Position numbers and translations under genes: made by a program
In this document: piece after piece, positions 49,275-57,687 of the stretch
How the letters are laid out: every line of letters begins with the position of its first letter
Position numbering within the stretch: position 1 is the first letter of the stretch
Notes under the pieces: model-generated
What the model was told of the DNA's origin: nothing
Seen by the model: only the letters and a program-made list of their open reading frames with translations
Databases searched by the model: none
Assembly (NCBI GenBank): GCA_046758905.1
Contig: JBHIBC010000006.1
Coordinates: 6,686 to 70,685, forward strand
Source of the DNA: Acidobacteriota bacterium
Lineage (GTDB): Bacteria > Acidobacteriota > Polarisedimenticolia > Gp22-AA2
Length of the DNA stretch: 64,000 nucleotides
Direction: 5' to 3'

Positions 49275-51442
49275 GGTCCAGATCCCGAGCCGATGCGGCG
49301 CGATCGCTCTTGGCGCTGCTGATGCTGGCGGTGCCGGCCGCCGGCCGGGCGCAGGACGGGGAGGATTGTCTGGCCTGCCACGCCGGGCCGGATCCGACGA
49401 TGCGGCGGGGCGGACGGACCGTCCGGCTCCAGGTGGACCGTGCGGTCCTCGGCCGGTCGGTGCACCGGGATCTCCCGTGCGTCGAGTGCCACGCCCGGCT
49501 GAGCCCGGACGCCCTCCCGCACGCCTCCCCGATGGAGCCGGTCGACTGCAGCGGCTGCCATGGCGACGTCACCGGCACGCACCGCTTCCACCGCCCCGCG
49601 GCCCGGGGTCCAGGCTCCTCGTCCGCCTGCGCCGACTGCCACGGCGCACACGACATCCTGCCGCCGGGAGAGCCGGGCTCGCGACTTCACCCCTCCCGTC
49701 TCGTGGAGACGTGCGGCGACTGCCACCCCGAGGTCGCGGCGCGGTACGCCGATTCCGAGCACGGCCGGCAGTTCGCGGCCGGCGTAACGGGAGCGCCGAG
49801 CTGCGTGGACTGCCACGACCGCCCGATCGTCGAGGCCCGCAGGGGGGGCACCATGGCGGAGCACAAGCTCGTCCAGGAGAGGCTCTGCCTCTCGTGCCAC
49901 CTCGACGACCCCCGGGTCCGGGCCCGCGTGTCGCCCGGCGCGGGCTTCATCTCCGCCTACGAGGACAGCGTCCACGGCAGGGCCCTGGCGGAGGGGAACG
50001 GCGCCGCGGCCAACTGCGTCGACTGCCACGGCAGCCACGAGATGAAGAAGGGGTTCGAGCCGACCGCCCGCGTCAACAAGCGGCACATTCAAAGGACCTG
50101 CGGCGGCTGTCACGCGGCGATCGCCGAAAAGTACGCGGCGAGCGTGCACGGCGTGGCTCTCGCCCGGGGCGAGCACGAATCCCCGGTCTGCACGGACTGC
50201 CACGGCGAGCACGCCATACTGCGGCACCTCGATCCCCGATCTCCGGTGGCGCCCGCGAACGTCTCGGTGCAGGTCTGCTCTCCCTGCCACAGCTCGCTGC
50301 GGCTCGCGGCGAAGTACGGCATCGCCTCCGACCGCTTCAAGACCTTCTCCGACAGCTTCCACGGCCTGGCGATCCGAGGCGGCATGGTCGAGGTCGCCAA
50401 CTGCGCCAGCTGTCACGGCTCGCACGACATCCGGCCCTCCTCCGATCCGGCGTCGAGCATCCACCCGCTGAACCTGAGGGCCACCTGCGGTCGGTGTCAC
50501 CCGGGCGCGGGCAGGCGGTTCGCGGAGGGGACGGTCCACCTCCAGGTGAGCGAGGAGCGGGAGCCGGTCCTCTACTGGATCGCCACCGCCTACGCCGGCC
50601 TGATCGTGGTGGTCATCGGCGGGATGTCCGTCCACAACCTGCTGGACTTCGTCCGGAAGGCGCGCCGGCGGCTGAGGATCCGGCGGGGGCTGGAGCCCGG
50701 GGAGCCGGTCGGTCGGGCCCTCTACCTCCGAATGACCCTCGGCGAGCGACTGCAGCACGGCGCGCTGGTCGGGAGCTTCGCGGTGCTGGTCGTCACCGGC
50801 TTCATGCTGCATTACCCCGACGCCTGGTGGGTGAGGGCCCTGGGTCGACTCAGCGACGAGCCGTTCGACTTGCGCGGCCTCCTGCACCGGATCGCCGGAG
50901 TCGTCATGGTCGGCGCGTCCCTGTACCACGTCACGTACCTGGTGTTCTCGGATCGCGGCCGTCGGTTCCTGCGCGACATCCTGCCGCGGCGCGGCGACCT
51001 GTCCGACGCCGCCGCGGCCCTGCGGTTCAACCTCGGACTGAGCGGGCGCGGCCCGCGCTTCGGGCGGTTCGGGTACGTCGAGAAGAGCGAGTACTGGGCT
51101 CTGGTGTGGGGGAGCGTCCTGATGACGCTGACCGGGATGGTGCTGTGGTTCGAGGAGATCTCCATCGGGCTGCTCACCAAGCTCGGGTGGGAGATCTCCC
51201 GCATCGTCCACTTCTACGAGGCCTGGCTGGCCGCGCTGGCCGTTCTGGTCTGGCACCTCTATCACGTCATCCTGAGCCCGGACGCCTACCCTATGAACGT
51301 CTCCTGGCTCAGCGGCACCCTCAGCGAGGCGGAGATGGCCGCGGAGCACCCGCTGGAGCTGGAGGCGATCCGGGCCCGGCGGGCGGCGGACCCGGGCGCG
51401 GCGCGGCCGACCGCGGGGCGCCGGAGCCCGGAACGGACCTAG
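49271..51442 (+). CDS. CbcL-like protein: 13-heme periplasmic domain fused to FdnI/HydC-type cytochrome b
   Basis: GTG at 49271 overlapping upstream stop; 13 CxxCH; ERLQH, LLHRIAG, EKSEYWALVWG, HFYEAWLA, WHLYHV, EHPLE. Confidence 0.88.
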   Translation: MRSRSRADAARSLLALLMLAVPAAGRAQDGEDCLACHAGPDPTMRRGGRTVRLQVDRAVLGRSVHRDLPCVECHARLSPDALPHASPMEPVDCSGCHGDVTGTHRFHRPAARGPGSSSACADCHGAHDILPPGEPGSRLHPSRLVETCGDCHPEVAARYADSEHGRQFAAGVTGAPSCVDCHDRPIVEARRGGTMAEHKLVQERLCLSCHLDDPRVRARVSPGAGFISAYEDSVHGRALAEGNGAAANCVDCHGSHEMKKGFEPTARVNKRHIQRTCGGCHAAIAEKYAASVHGVALARGEHESPVCTDCHGEHAILRHLDPRSPVAPANVSVQVCSPCHSSLRLAAKYGIASDRFKTFSDSFHGLAIRGGMVEVANCASCHGSHDIRPSSDPASSIHPLNLRATCGRCHPGAGRRFAEGTVHLQVSEEREPVLYWIATAYAGLIVVVIGGMSVHNLLDFVRKARRRLRIRRGLEPGEPVGRALYLRMTLGERLQHGALVGSFAVLVVTGFMLHYPDAWWVRALGRLSDEPFDLRGLLHRIAGVVMVGASLYHVTYLVFSDRGRRFLRDILPRRGDLSDAAAALRFNLGLSGRGPRFGRFGYVEKSEYWALVWGSVLMTLTGMVLWFEEISIGLLTKLGWEISRIVHFYEAWLAALAVLVWHLYHVILSPDAYPMNVSWLSGTLSEAEMAAEHPLELEAIRARRAADPGAARPTAGRRSPERT

Positions 51443-51455
51443 GGGAGGAGATCCC

Positions 51456-51914
51456 ATGCAAGAAGGTCTACGGTCGGAGGGGGAGGGCACCGCGAGGCGG
51501 CGGACGGCCCTGCGCTGGCTGATCCGCGGGTTCCTGTCGCTGTGGGGCCTGGGCGGGGCGTTTCTGGGACTGTCTTTCCTCAGGGCCCCCTCGGCCGAGC
51601 GGCGCCCGAGCGAGAGGCTGGTGCGCTGCGGGCCCGTCTCGACGCTGCCGGTGGGCGGCGCGCGCTTCGTGCGCCACGGGACGCGGCCCCTGTTCGTCCT
51701 GCGCGTCTCGGAGAGCGAAGTGCTGGCGCTGTCCGCCATCTGCACGCACCTGCGCTGCGTGCTTCGGTGGGACCGGGACAGCCAGACGCTCGTCTGCCCG
51801 TGCCACTCGGGGGCCTTCGACCGCGGCGGCAACGTCCTCTCCGGGCCGACGAAGCGCCCGCTGCCGCGCTACGAGGCCGAGGTGCGGGCGGACGAGATCG
51901 TGGTGCGGACATAA
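51456..51914 (+). CDS. Rieske [2Fe-2S] protein (copy 2)
   Basis: RRRTAL N-terminus; CTHLRC and CPCHSGAF; GPTKRPL. Confidence 0.92.
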   Translation: MQEGLRSEGEGTARRRTALRWLIRGFLSLWGLGGAFLGLSFLRAPSAERRPSERLVRCGPVSTLPVGGARFVRHGTRPLFVLRVSESEVLALSAICTHLRCVLRWDRDSQTLVCPCHSGAFDRGGNVLSGPTKRPLPRYEAEVRADEIVVRT

Positions 51915-51927
51915 GGGACGGCCGACC

Positions 51928-53067
51928 GTGGGACGCGCACCGGGACGGGGCATCGCTCGCTCGCTGCTCGGGTGGCTCGAGCAGCGGTTCAACCTGACGG
52001 AGATGTTCTCCTTCCTGACCAGCTTCGGCCTGTTCCCCGCCGAGCTGGACACCCGGCGGCCGCTTCGCGAATCCATCGACGCGGCGCTGCGAAGACCGCT
52101 GCCCTCCTACGCGCGCTGGCCGCGGGTTCTGGGGATCCTGTCTTTCCTGCTGTTCCTCTTCCTCGGGCTCACGGGCGCGATGCTCTCCTTCTATTACCAG
52201 CCGACGGCCTCGGAGGCCTACGGGTCGGTCACCGGGATCGTCAGGGACGTCCGGTTCGGCTGGCTCGTGCACCAGTCCCACCGGTGGGCGGCGCACCTGT
52301 TCCTGCTCATCCTGCTGGTGCGGGTCGCGCGATTCTACTTCCAGGGCCTGTACAGGAAGCCGCGCGAGGCCCTCTGGGTCCTCGCCGTCCTGACGCTGCT
52401 CGTCGCCACCCACGCCGACCTGACCGGCCGCCTCCTGGCGTGGGACGCGCGGGGATACTGGACCACGGTCCGCGCCCTGGAGGTCCTCTACTCCCTGCCG
52501 ATCCTGGGCCCGGCCTTCTCCTACCTCATGGGGAGCGCCACGGTCGACTCGCTGGTGCTGACCCGCTTCTACGTCCTGCACGCCGCGGCCCTGCCGGTGA
52601 TGCTCGGGATCCTGTTCTACTTGCACTTCTCGGGGGTCCGCCGGGTGGGCCTCTCGCCGGCCACCGGCGAGACCCGGTCGGGGCCGGCGGTGCTCCGGGT
52701 CCACCTCTACAATGTCGTGATCCTCGCGGTTCTCCTGTTCGGCACGGTGATCACCCTGGCGATGGCCCTCCCCGCCCCTTTCGAGCCTCCCGCCGACCCC
52801 CTGAGCACCCCGCCGGGCATCCACCCGCCCTGGTACCTGCTCGCCCCGCACGCCCTGCTGGAGTCGCTGCCCCCGATCCTGCCGCGGCCGGTCGGCGGTC
52901 TGCTGCTTGAGCTGATCCTCGCCGCCTTCCTTCTGCTCCCGTTCCTGGACCGTTCCCCCTGGCGGCCGGCGCGCTCGCGCCGCGCGGCACTGGCGCTCAG
53001 CGCCCTGGCCGTCCTCGCCGTCCTCCTGCTGACCCTCTACGGATACCGACTGGAGGTGGCGCGATGA
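51928..53067 (+). CDS. divergent cytochrome b (copy 2), lacking one heme ligand and PEWY
   Basis: YYQPT..EAY.SV, GWLV, TRFYVLH; second helix-B His replaced by Arg; PPWY. Confidence 0.88.
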   Translation: MGRAPGRGIARSLLGWLEQRFNLTEMFSFLTSFGLFPAELDTRRPLRESIDAALRRPLPSYARWPRVLGILSFLLFLFLGLTGAMLSFYYQPTASEAYGSVTGIVRDVRFGWLVHQSHRWAAHLFLLILLVRVARFYFQGLYRKPREALWVLAVLTLLVATHADLTGRLLAWDARGYWTTVRALEVLYSLPILGPAFSYLMGSATVDSLVLTRFYVLHAAALPVMLGILFYLHFSGVRRVGLSPATGETRSGPAVLRVHLYNVVILAVLLFGTVITLAMALPAPFEPPADPLSTPPGIHPPWYLLAPHALLESLPPILPRPVGGLLLELILAAFLLLPFLDRSPWRPARSRRAALALSALAVLAVLLLTLYGYRLEVAR

Positions 53068-54242
53068 TCGCCTGGGCGTTGCTGCTGGCGGCCGCCGCGG
53101 CCGGCCCTTCCGCCGCCTGCACGCTCTGCCATCCCGCGGTCCGGGTCGAGTTCGAGCAGGGCGTCCATCGCCGGGAAGGGGTCACCTGCGTCTCCTGCCA
53201 CGGCGGCGACCCGGGCGCGGTGTCCGTCGAGGCGGCGCACCGGGGCGCCTTCCGCGGCGTGCCGCGGCGCCGCGACATCCCGAAGCTGTGCGCCTCGTGC
53301 CACGCGGACATCGCCCTGATGCGCCCGTACAACCTGCCGGCGGATCAGTACGCCCTCTACGAGACCTCGCGCCACGGCCTGCTGCTCGCGCAGGGCAACG
53401 AGCGGGTCGCGGTGTGCACCGATTGTCACGGGGCGCACGAGATCCGCCGGCCCGACGATCCCAGAAGCAGCGTCTTCCGCCGCAACATCCCGCGGACCTG
53501 CGCCCGCTGCCACGCCGACCCGTCGCGCATGGGAGGCACCGGGCCGCGGGACGACCCCTACCGGGACTACGCCGAGGGCGTGCACGGCCGGGCCTTCCTG
53601 ACGCGGGACAACCTCTCGGCCCCCGACTGCTCCTCCTGCCACGGCGCCCACGGCGCCGCGCCGCCCGGCTTCGGGGACATCGACAAGGTGTGCGGCCAGT
53701 GTCACGCCACGACCCGGGCCTATTTCCTGGAAGGCCCGCACTACGCGGCCATGCGGGAGGCCGGCCTGCCCGAGTGCGCCTCCTGCCACGACCATCACCG
53801 GATCGGGCCGGCCGACCTGTCGGCGCTGGACTCGGCCTGCGTGGCCTGCCACGAGGAGGGCTCGGACCAGCTGGAGGTGGCCGCCGCCATGCGGACGCTG
53901 TTCACCGCGGCGGCCGAGGAGATCGACAGGGCGCGAGCCCTGGTGGAGCGCGCCGCCGCCATCCCCCTCTACGTGGGGGACTACGAGGCCGGCCTCGAGG
54001 ACGCCCGGACGGCCCTGATGGAGTCCTTCCCGGTGATGCACTCGCTCGACGTGCAGCGCGTCCAGGACTTCACGCTGCGGGCGCGCTCGATCGCGACCGC
54101 GATCCAGTCGGAGATCGAGGGCAAGCTCGAGGGCCGCGCGTGGCGGCGGGTCGGGCTGATGCTCTTCTGGTTCTACCTGCTGCTGACGGTCGCGATCCTC
54201 GTCCGCTTCCGCCGGCGCGCGGCGGCGGAGGCCCTCCGGTGA
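53064..54242 (+). CDS. nonaheme cytochrome c with C-terminal TM anchor (copy 2)
   Basis: 9 CxxCH collinear with 47997..49274 (CHGGDP, AVCTDCHGAH, HGA.PPG). Confidence 0.88.
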   Translation: MIAWALLLAAAAAGPSAACTLCHPAVRVEFEQGVHRREGVTCVSCHGGDPGAVSVEAAHRGAFRGVPRRRDIPKLCASCHADIALMRPYNLPADQYALYETSRHGLLLAQGNERVAVCTDCHGAHEIRRPDDPRSSVFRRNIPRTCARCHADPSRMGGTGPRDDPYRDYAEGVHGRAFLTRDNLSAPDCSSCHGAHGAAPPGFGDIDKVCGQCHATTRAYFLEGPHYAAMREAGLPECASCHDHHRIGPADLSALDSACVACHEEGSDQLEVAAAMRTLFTAAAEEIDRARALVERAAAIPLYVGDYEAGLEDARTALMESFPVMHSLDVQRVQDFTLRARSIATAIQSEIEGKLEGRAWRRVGLMLFWFYLLLTVAILVRFRRRAAAEALR

Positions 54243-55975
54243 CACCCGGCGGCGGGCCGGGCCGGCTGCGCGCGCTCCTGCGGAGCGGCTCGCTCAGGAT
54301 GATGGGGCTGAGCGTGGGGCTGGCCGCGGGGCTGGCGCTGGTGGCGGCGGGGACCGCCATGGAGGTGAGCAGCCGGCCCGCCTTCTGCGGCTCCTGCCAC
54401 GTCATGACGCCCTACTACGAGTCGTGGAGGGCGTCGACGCACCGCAACGTCGCCTGCGTGGAGTGCCACATCCCGCCGGGCATCACCGCCGAGCTCCGGA
54501 AGAAGTACGAGGCGCTGGCGATGGTGGCCCGCTACTTCACGGGGACTTACGGGACCAACCCCTGGGCCGAGATCGACGACGCCGCCTGCCTGAGGTGCCA
54601 CGAGCGCAGGCTGCTGAGGGGGCGAGAGCTGTTCGGCGACGTCCTCTTCGACCACTCGGCCCACCTGGCGGGCATGCGCCGCGGCAAGACCCTGCGCTGC
54701 ACCTCCTGCCACTCGCAGATCGTCCAGGGGAGCCACATCACCGTCACCGCCTCCACCTGCATCCTGTGCCACTTCAAGGGGCGGGAATCCGGGACCGGGA
54801 CCGCCCGCTGCACCCTGTGTCACGACGTTCCGGACGCGGAGATCCGGCGCGGGACGCCCACCTTCAGCCACGCCGACGTGGCGCGCTACGGCATGGACTG
54901 CACCTGGTGTCACGCCCGTCCCGAGGGGAGCGACGGCGACGTGCCGCGGGAGCGCTGCCTCACCTGCCACAACGAGCCGGCGCACCTGGCGGAGTACGGG
55001 CGCGCGGCGCTCCTGCACCGAACCCACGTCAGCGAGCACAAGGTCGACTGCATGAACTGCCACCTGGAGATCCGGCACGTGGGGGAGCCCCGGATCGAGC
55101 GCGCCGTGAGCGCCTGCGGCTCCTGCCATCGCGCCGGGCACTCGCCGCAGCTGATGCTCTACAGCGGGATCGGCGGCAGGGGCCTGCAGCCGATGCCGAG
55201 CCCCATGTTCCTGGCGGGAGTGCGCTGCGAAGGGTGCCACATCGCGCTGCCCGGCCGGGAGTCGGAGGTCCACCGCGCCGACGAGGTCTCCTGCATGTCC
55301 TGTCACGGGCCGGGCTACCTGCCGATCTACGAGACCTGGAAGAGGGGCGTCGCGGCGCGCGCCGGCGCGCTGCGGCGGCAGATGGAGCGCACCCGACGGA
55401 GGCTGGACGGCGCGGCCCCGGCCCGGCTCGCCGACGCGCTGTTCAACCTGGAACTGGTGACGCGCGGGCGGGGCGTGCACAACGTCGACTACTCGTTCGC
55501 GCTGCTGGAGAAGGCCCGCGCCGACATGAACGCGGCGCGCGAGTCGGCCGGCCTCTCCGCTCTGCCGCGCCCCTGGCCGGAGGCCGCCGTGGAGTCGCCC
55601 TGCCTGCGCTGCCACCAGGGGATCGAATCCGGCCGGGGGAGGTTCCTCGACCGGGCCTTCCGGCACGACGTGCACCTCGCGCGGGCGCGTCTCGAGTGCG
55701 CGGCGTGCCACCGCCCGCACGAGGAGCGTCCCCCCGGCGAGGTGGTGCGGTTCGGCGCCGGGGGCTGCGCCTCGTGCCACCACCGCGATCCGGCGGCGGC
55801 CTGCGCCCCCTGCCATGCCGGGGTCCGGAGGGGGACGGTGCCGAGCCCGCTGGGGCCGTTCGACCACGCCTTCCACCTCGACGAGATGGAGCTGGACTGC
55901 GGCGGCTGCCACCTGCCGGGACCGGGAGGGAGGCCGCGCCTCGACCGGGAGATCTGCGCCAGCTGTCACGGCTGA
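54239..55975 (+). CDS. NapC/NirT-domain 18-heme cytochrome c
   Basis: GTG at 54239; N-terminal TM helix, SSRPAFCGSCHVM..YY.SW..S.H..V.CVECH; 18 CxxCH. Confidence 0.88.
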   Translation: MTPGGGPGRLRALLRSGSLRMMGLSVGLAAGLALVAAGTAMEVSSRPAFCGSCHVMTPYYESWRASTHRNVACVECHIPPGITAELRKKYEALAMVARYFTGTYGTNPWAEIDDAACLRCHERRLLRGRELFGDVLFDHSAHLAGMRRGKTLRCTSCHSQIVQGSHITVTASTCILCHFKGRESGTGTARCTLCHDVPDAEIRRGTPTFSHADVARYGMDCTWCHARPEGSDGDVPRERCLTCHNEPAHLAEYGRAALLHRTHVSEHKVDCMNCHLEIRHVGEPRIERAVSACGSCHRAGHSPQLMLYSGIGGRGLQPMPSPMFLAGVRCEGCHIALPGRESEVHRADEVSCMSCHGPGYLPIYETWKRGVAARAGALRRQMERTRRRLDGAAPARLADALFNLELVTRGRGVHNVDYSFALLEKARADMNAARESAGLSALPRPWPEAAVESPCLRCHQGIESGRGRFLDRAFRHDVHLARARLECAACHRPHEERPPGEVVRFGAGGCASCHHRDPAAACAPCHAGVRRGTVPSPLGPFDHAFHLDEMELDCGGCHLPGPGGRPRLDREICASCHG

Positions 55976-55977
55976 CG

Positions 55978-57348
55978 TCACCCGGAGACCGGCCGGAACC
56001 TCGCCGTGAAGTGCCTCAGGTACGGCGGCGCCCAGGTGATCTCGACGCCGCGCAGCCGATCGGCCCGGCGCGCGACGTCGGCGCAGATCTCCAGGATCCG
56101 GTCGACGTGGCTCTGGGTGTACACCCGCCTCGGCAGCGCCAGCCGCACCAGCTCCCAGCGCGCCGGCGCGAACCGCCCGTCCTCCTCCCGCCCGAACATC
56201 ACGCTGCCGATCTCGCAGCTGCGGATCCCCCCGGCGAGGTACAGCTCGCAGACGAGCGCCTGGCCCGGATAGCGTTCCCGGGGGATCTGGGGAAGGAAAC
56301 GGCTCGCGTCGATGAACACGGCGTGGCCCCCGGGCGGCTGCACGGTCGGGACCCCCAGATCGTTGAGCCCCTTGGCCAGATACCGGACCGTCGCCAGACG
56401 GTACTCCAGGTACGACTCGTCCAGGACCTCGCGCAGGCCGACGGCGAGCGCCTCCAGATCGCGGGCGGCGCAGCCGCCGTAGGTGGGGAACCCCTCGGTG
56501 AGGATGAGCAGGTTACGGGCCTCCGCGGCGAGCCGGTCGTCGTTCAGTGCCAAAAACCCCCCCATGTTGACCAGCCCGTCCTTCTTGCCGCTGAGGATGC
56601 AGCCGTCGGCCAGCCGGAAGACCTCTCGGGCGATCTCCGCCGCGGGGCGCTCCCGCTGGCCGGGCTCGTAGAGCTTGATGAGATAGGCGTTCTCCGCGAA
56701 CCGGCAGGCGTCCAGGATGAACGGGATGCCGTGGGCCCGCAGGATCTTGGAGCAGGCACGGATGTTCTCGAGGCTGACCGGCTGGCCTCCGCCCGTATTG
56801 TTGGTGATCGTCAGCATCCCGAGGGGGATGCGGTCGCGCCGGCGGCGGCAGAGGTCCTCCAGGCGGTCCAGGTCGATGTTTCCCTTGAAGGGCCTGGTCG
56901 ATCCGGTGTCGGAGGCCTCGCCGACGACTAGGTCGAGCGCCTCGCCGCGGTCGTACTCGATGTTGGCGCGGGTGGTGTCGAAGTGGCTGTTGTTCGGCAC
57001 GACCGAGCCCTCCCTCACGGTGATCTGGAAGAGGATGCGCTCGGCGGCGCGCCCCTGATGGGTCGGGATGATGTGCCGGTAGCCGGTCAGCTCGCGCACC
57101 GCGTCCTCGAAGCGGCGGAACGAGCGCGACCCCGCGTACGACTCGTCGCCGACCATGATGGCCCCCCACTGGGCCGTGCTCATGGCGGAGGTGCCCGAAT
57201 CGGTGAGCAGGTCGAAGGTCACGACCCCGGCCGGCAGGGCGAACACGTTGTAGCCGGCGCGCGCGAGGTGTCCCTCGCGCTCCTCGCGCGTCGTCAGCGC
57301 GATGGGCTCCACCACCTTGATGCGAAACGGCTCGATGATCACGGACAT
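55978..57348 (-). CDS. tnaA: tryptophanase (tryptophan indole-lyase)
   Basis: EPFRIKVVE, DLLTDSGT, GDESYAGS, PLP site SGKKD, EGFPTYGG; LRHFTARF (His as in TnaA, Phe in tyrosine phenol-lyase). Confidence 0.9.
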   Translation of the reverse strand: MSVIIEPFRIKVVEPIALTTREEREGHLARAGYNVFALPAGVVTFDLLTDSGTSAMSTAQWGAIMVGDESYAGSRSFRRFEDAVRELTGYRHIIPTHQGRAAERILFQITVREGSVVPNNSHFDTTRANIEYDRGEALDLVVGEASDTGSTRPFKGNIDLDRLEDLCRRRRDRIPLGMLTITNNTGGGQPVSLENIRACSKILRAHGIPFILDACRFAENAYLIKLYEPGQRERPAAEIAREVFRLADGCILSGKKDGLVNMGGFLALNDDRLAAEARNLLILTEGFPTYGGCAARDLEALAVGLREVLDESYLEYRLATVRYLAKGLNDLGVPTVQPPGGHAVFIDASRFLPQIPRERYPGQALVCELYLAGGIRSCEIGSVMFGREEDGRFAPARWELVRLALPRRVYTQSHVDRILEICADVARRADRLRGVEITWAPPYLRHFTARFRPVSG

Positions 57349-57641
57349 GGTCGCTCCTTCGAATCGATGCCGGGTGTCCGGCGCGGGAGGCGCGTGGCGA
57401 CCCGATCCCCCGCGTCCGGACGGACCGGGCTCCCGGCCGATGATCGCACGGTCGCGTCCGTGCCGGACCACCGGTCGCTCCCGCCGGGGGCCGCCCGCCG
57501 GCGTCGCCGCCCGCGTCCCGGGCGCCCTCACCGGGGCGTCCGCCCGCCGAAAGGAGGCACCCCCTAGCGCGGCTCCCGCGCAAACTCTGCGCCGGCACCC
57601 GCCGGGATCGAAAAATCCGTGTACAATCCTGCTCCGGTACG

Positions 57642-57658
57642 CTGGCATGGGGCTTGCC
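57642..57658 (+). promoter_or_regulatory. putative sigma54 promoter for nifJ
   Basis: CTGGCATGGGGCTTGCC: GG-N10-GC, 30 nt before TTG 57688. Confidence 0.6.
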
Positions 57659-57687
57659 ACCCGACCGGGGTGCAGGAGGTACCGCGC

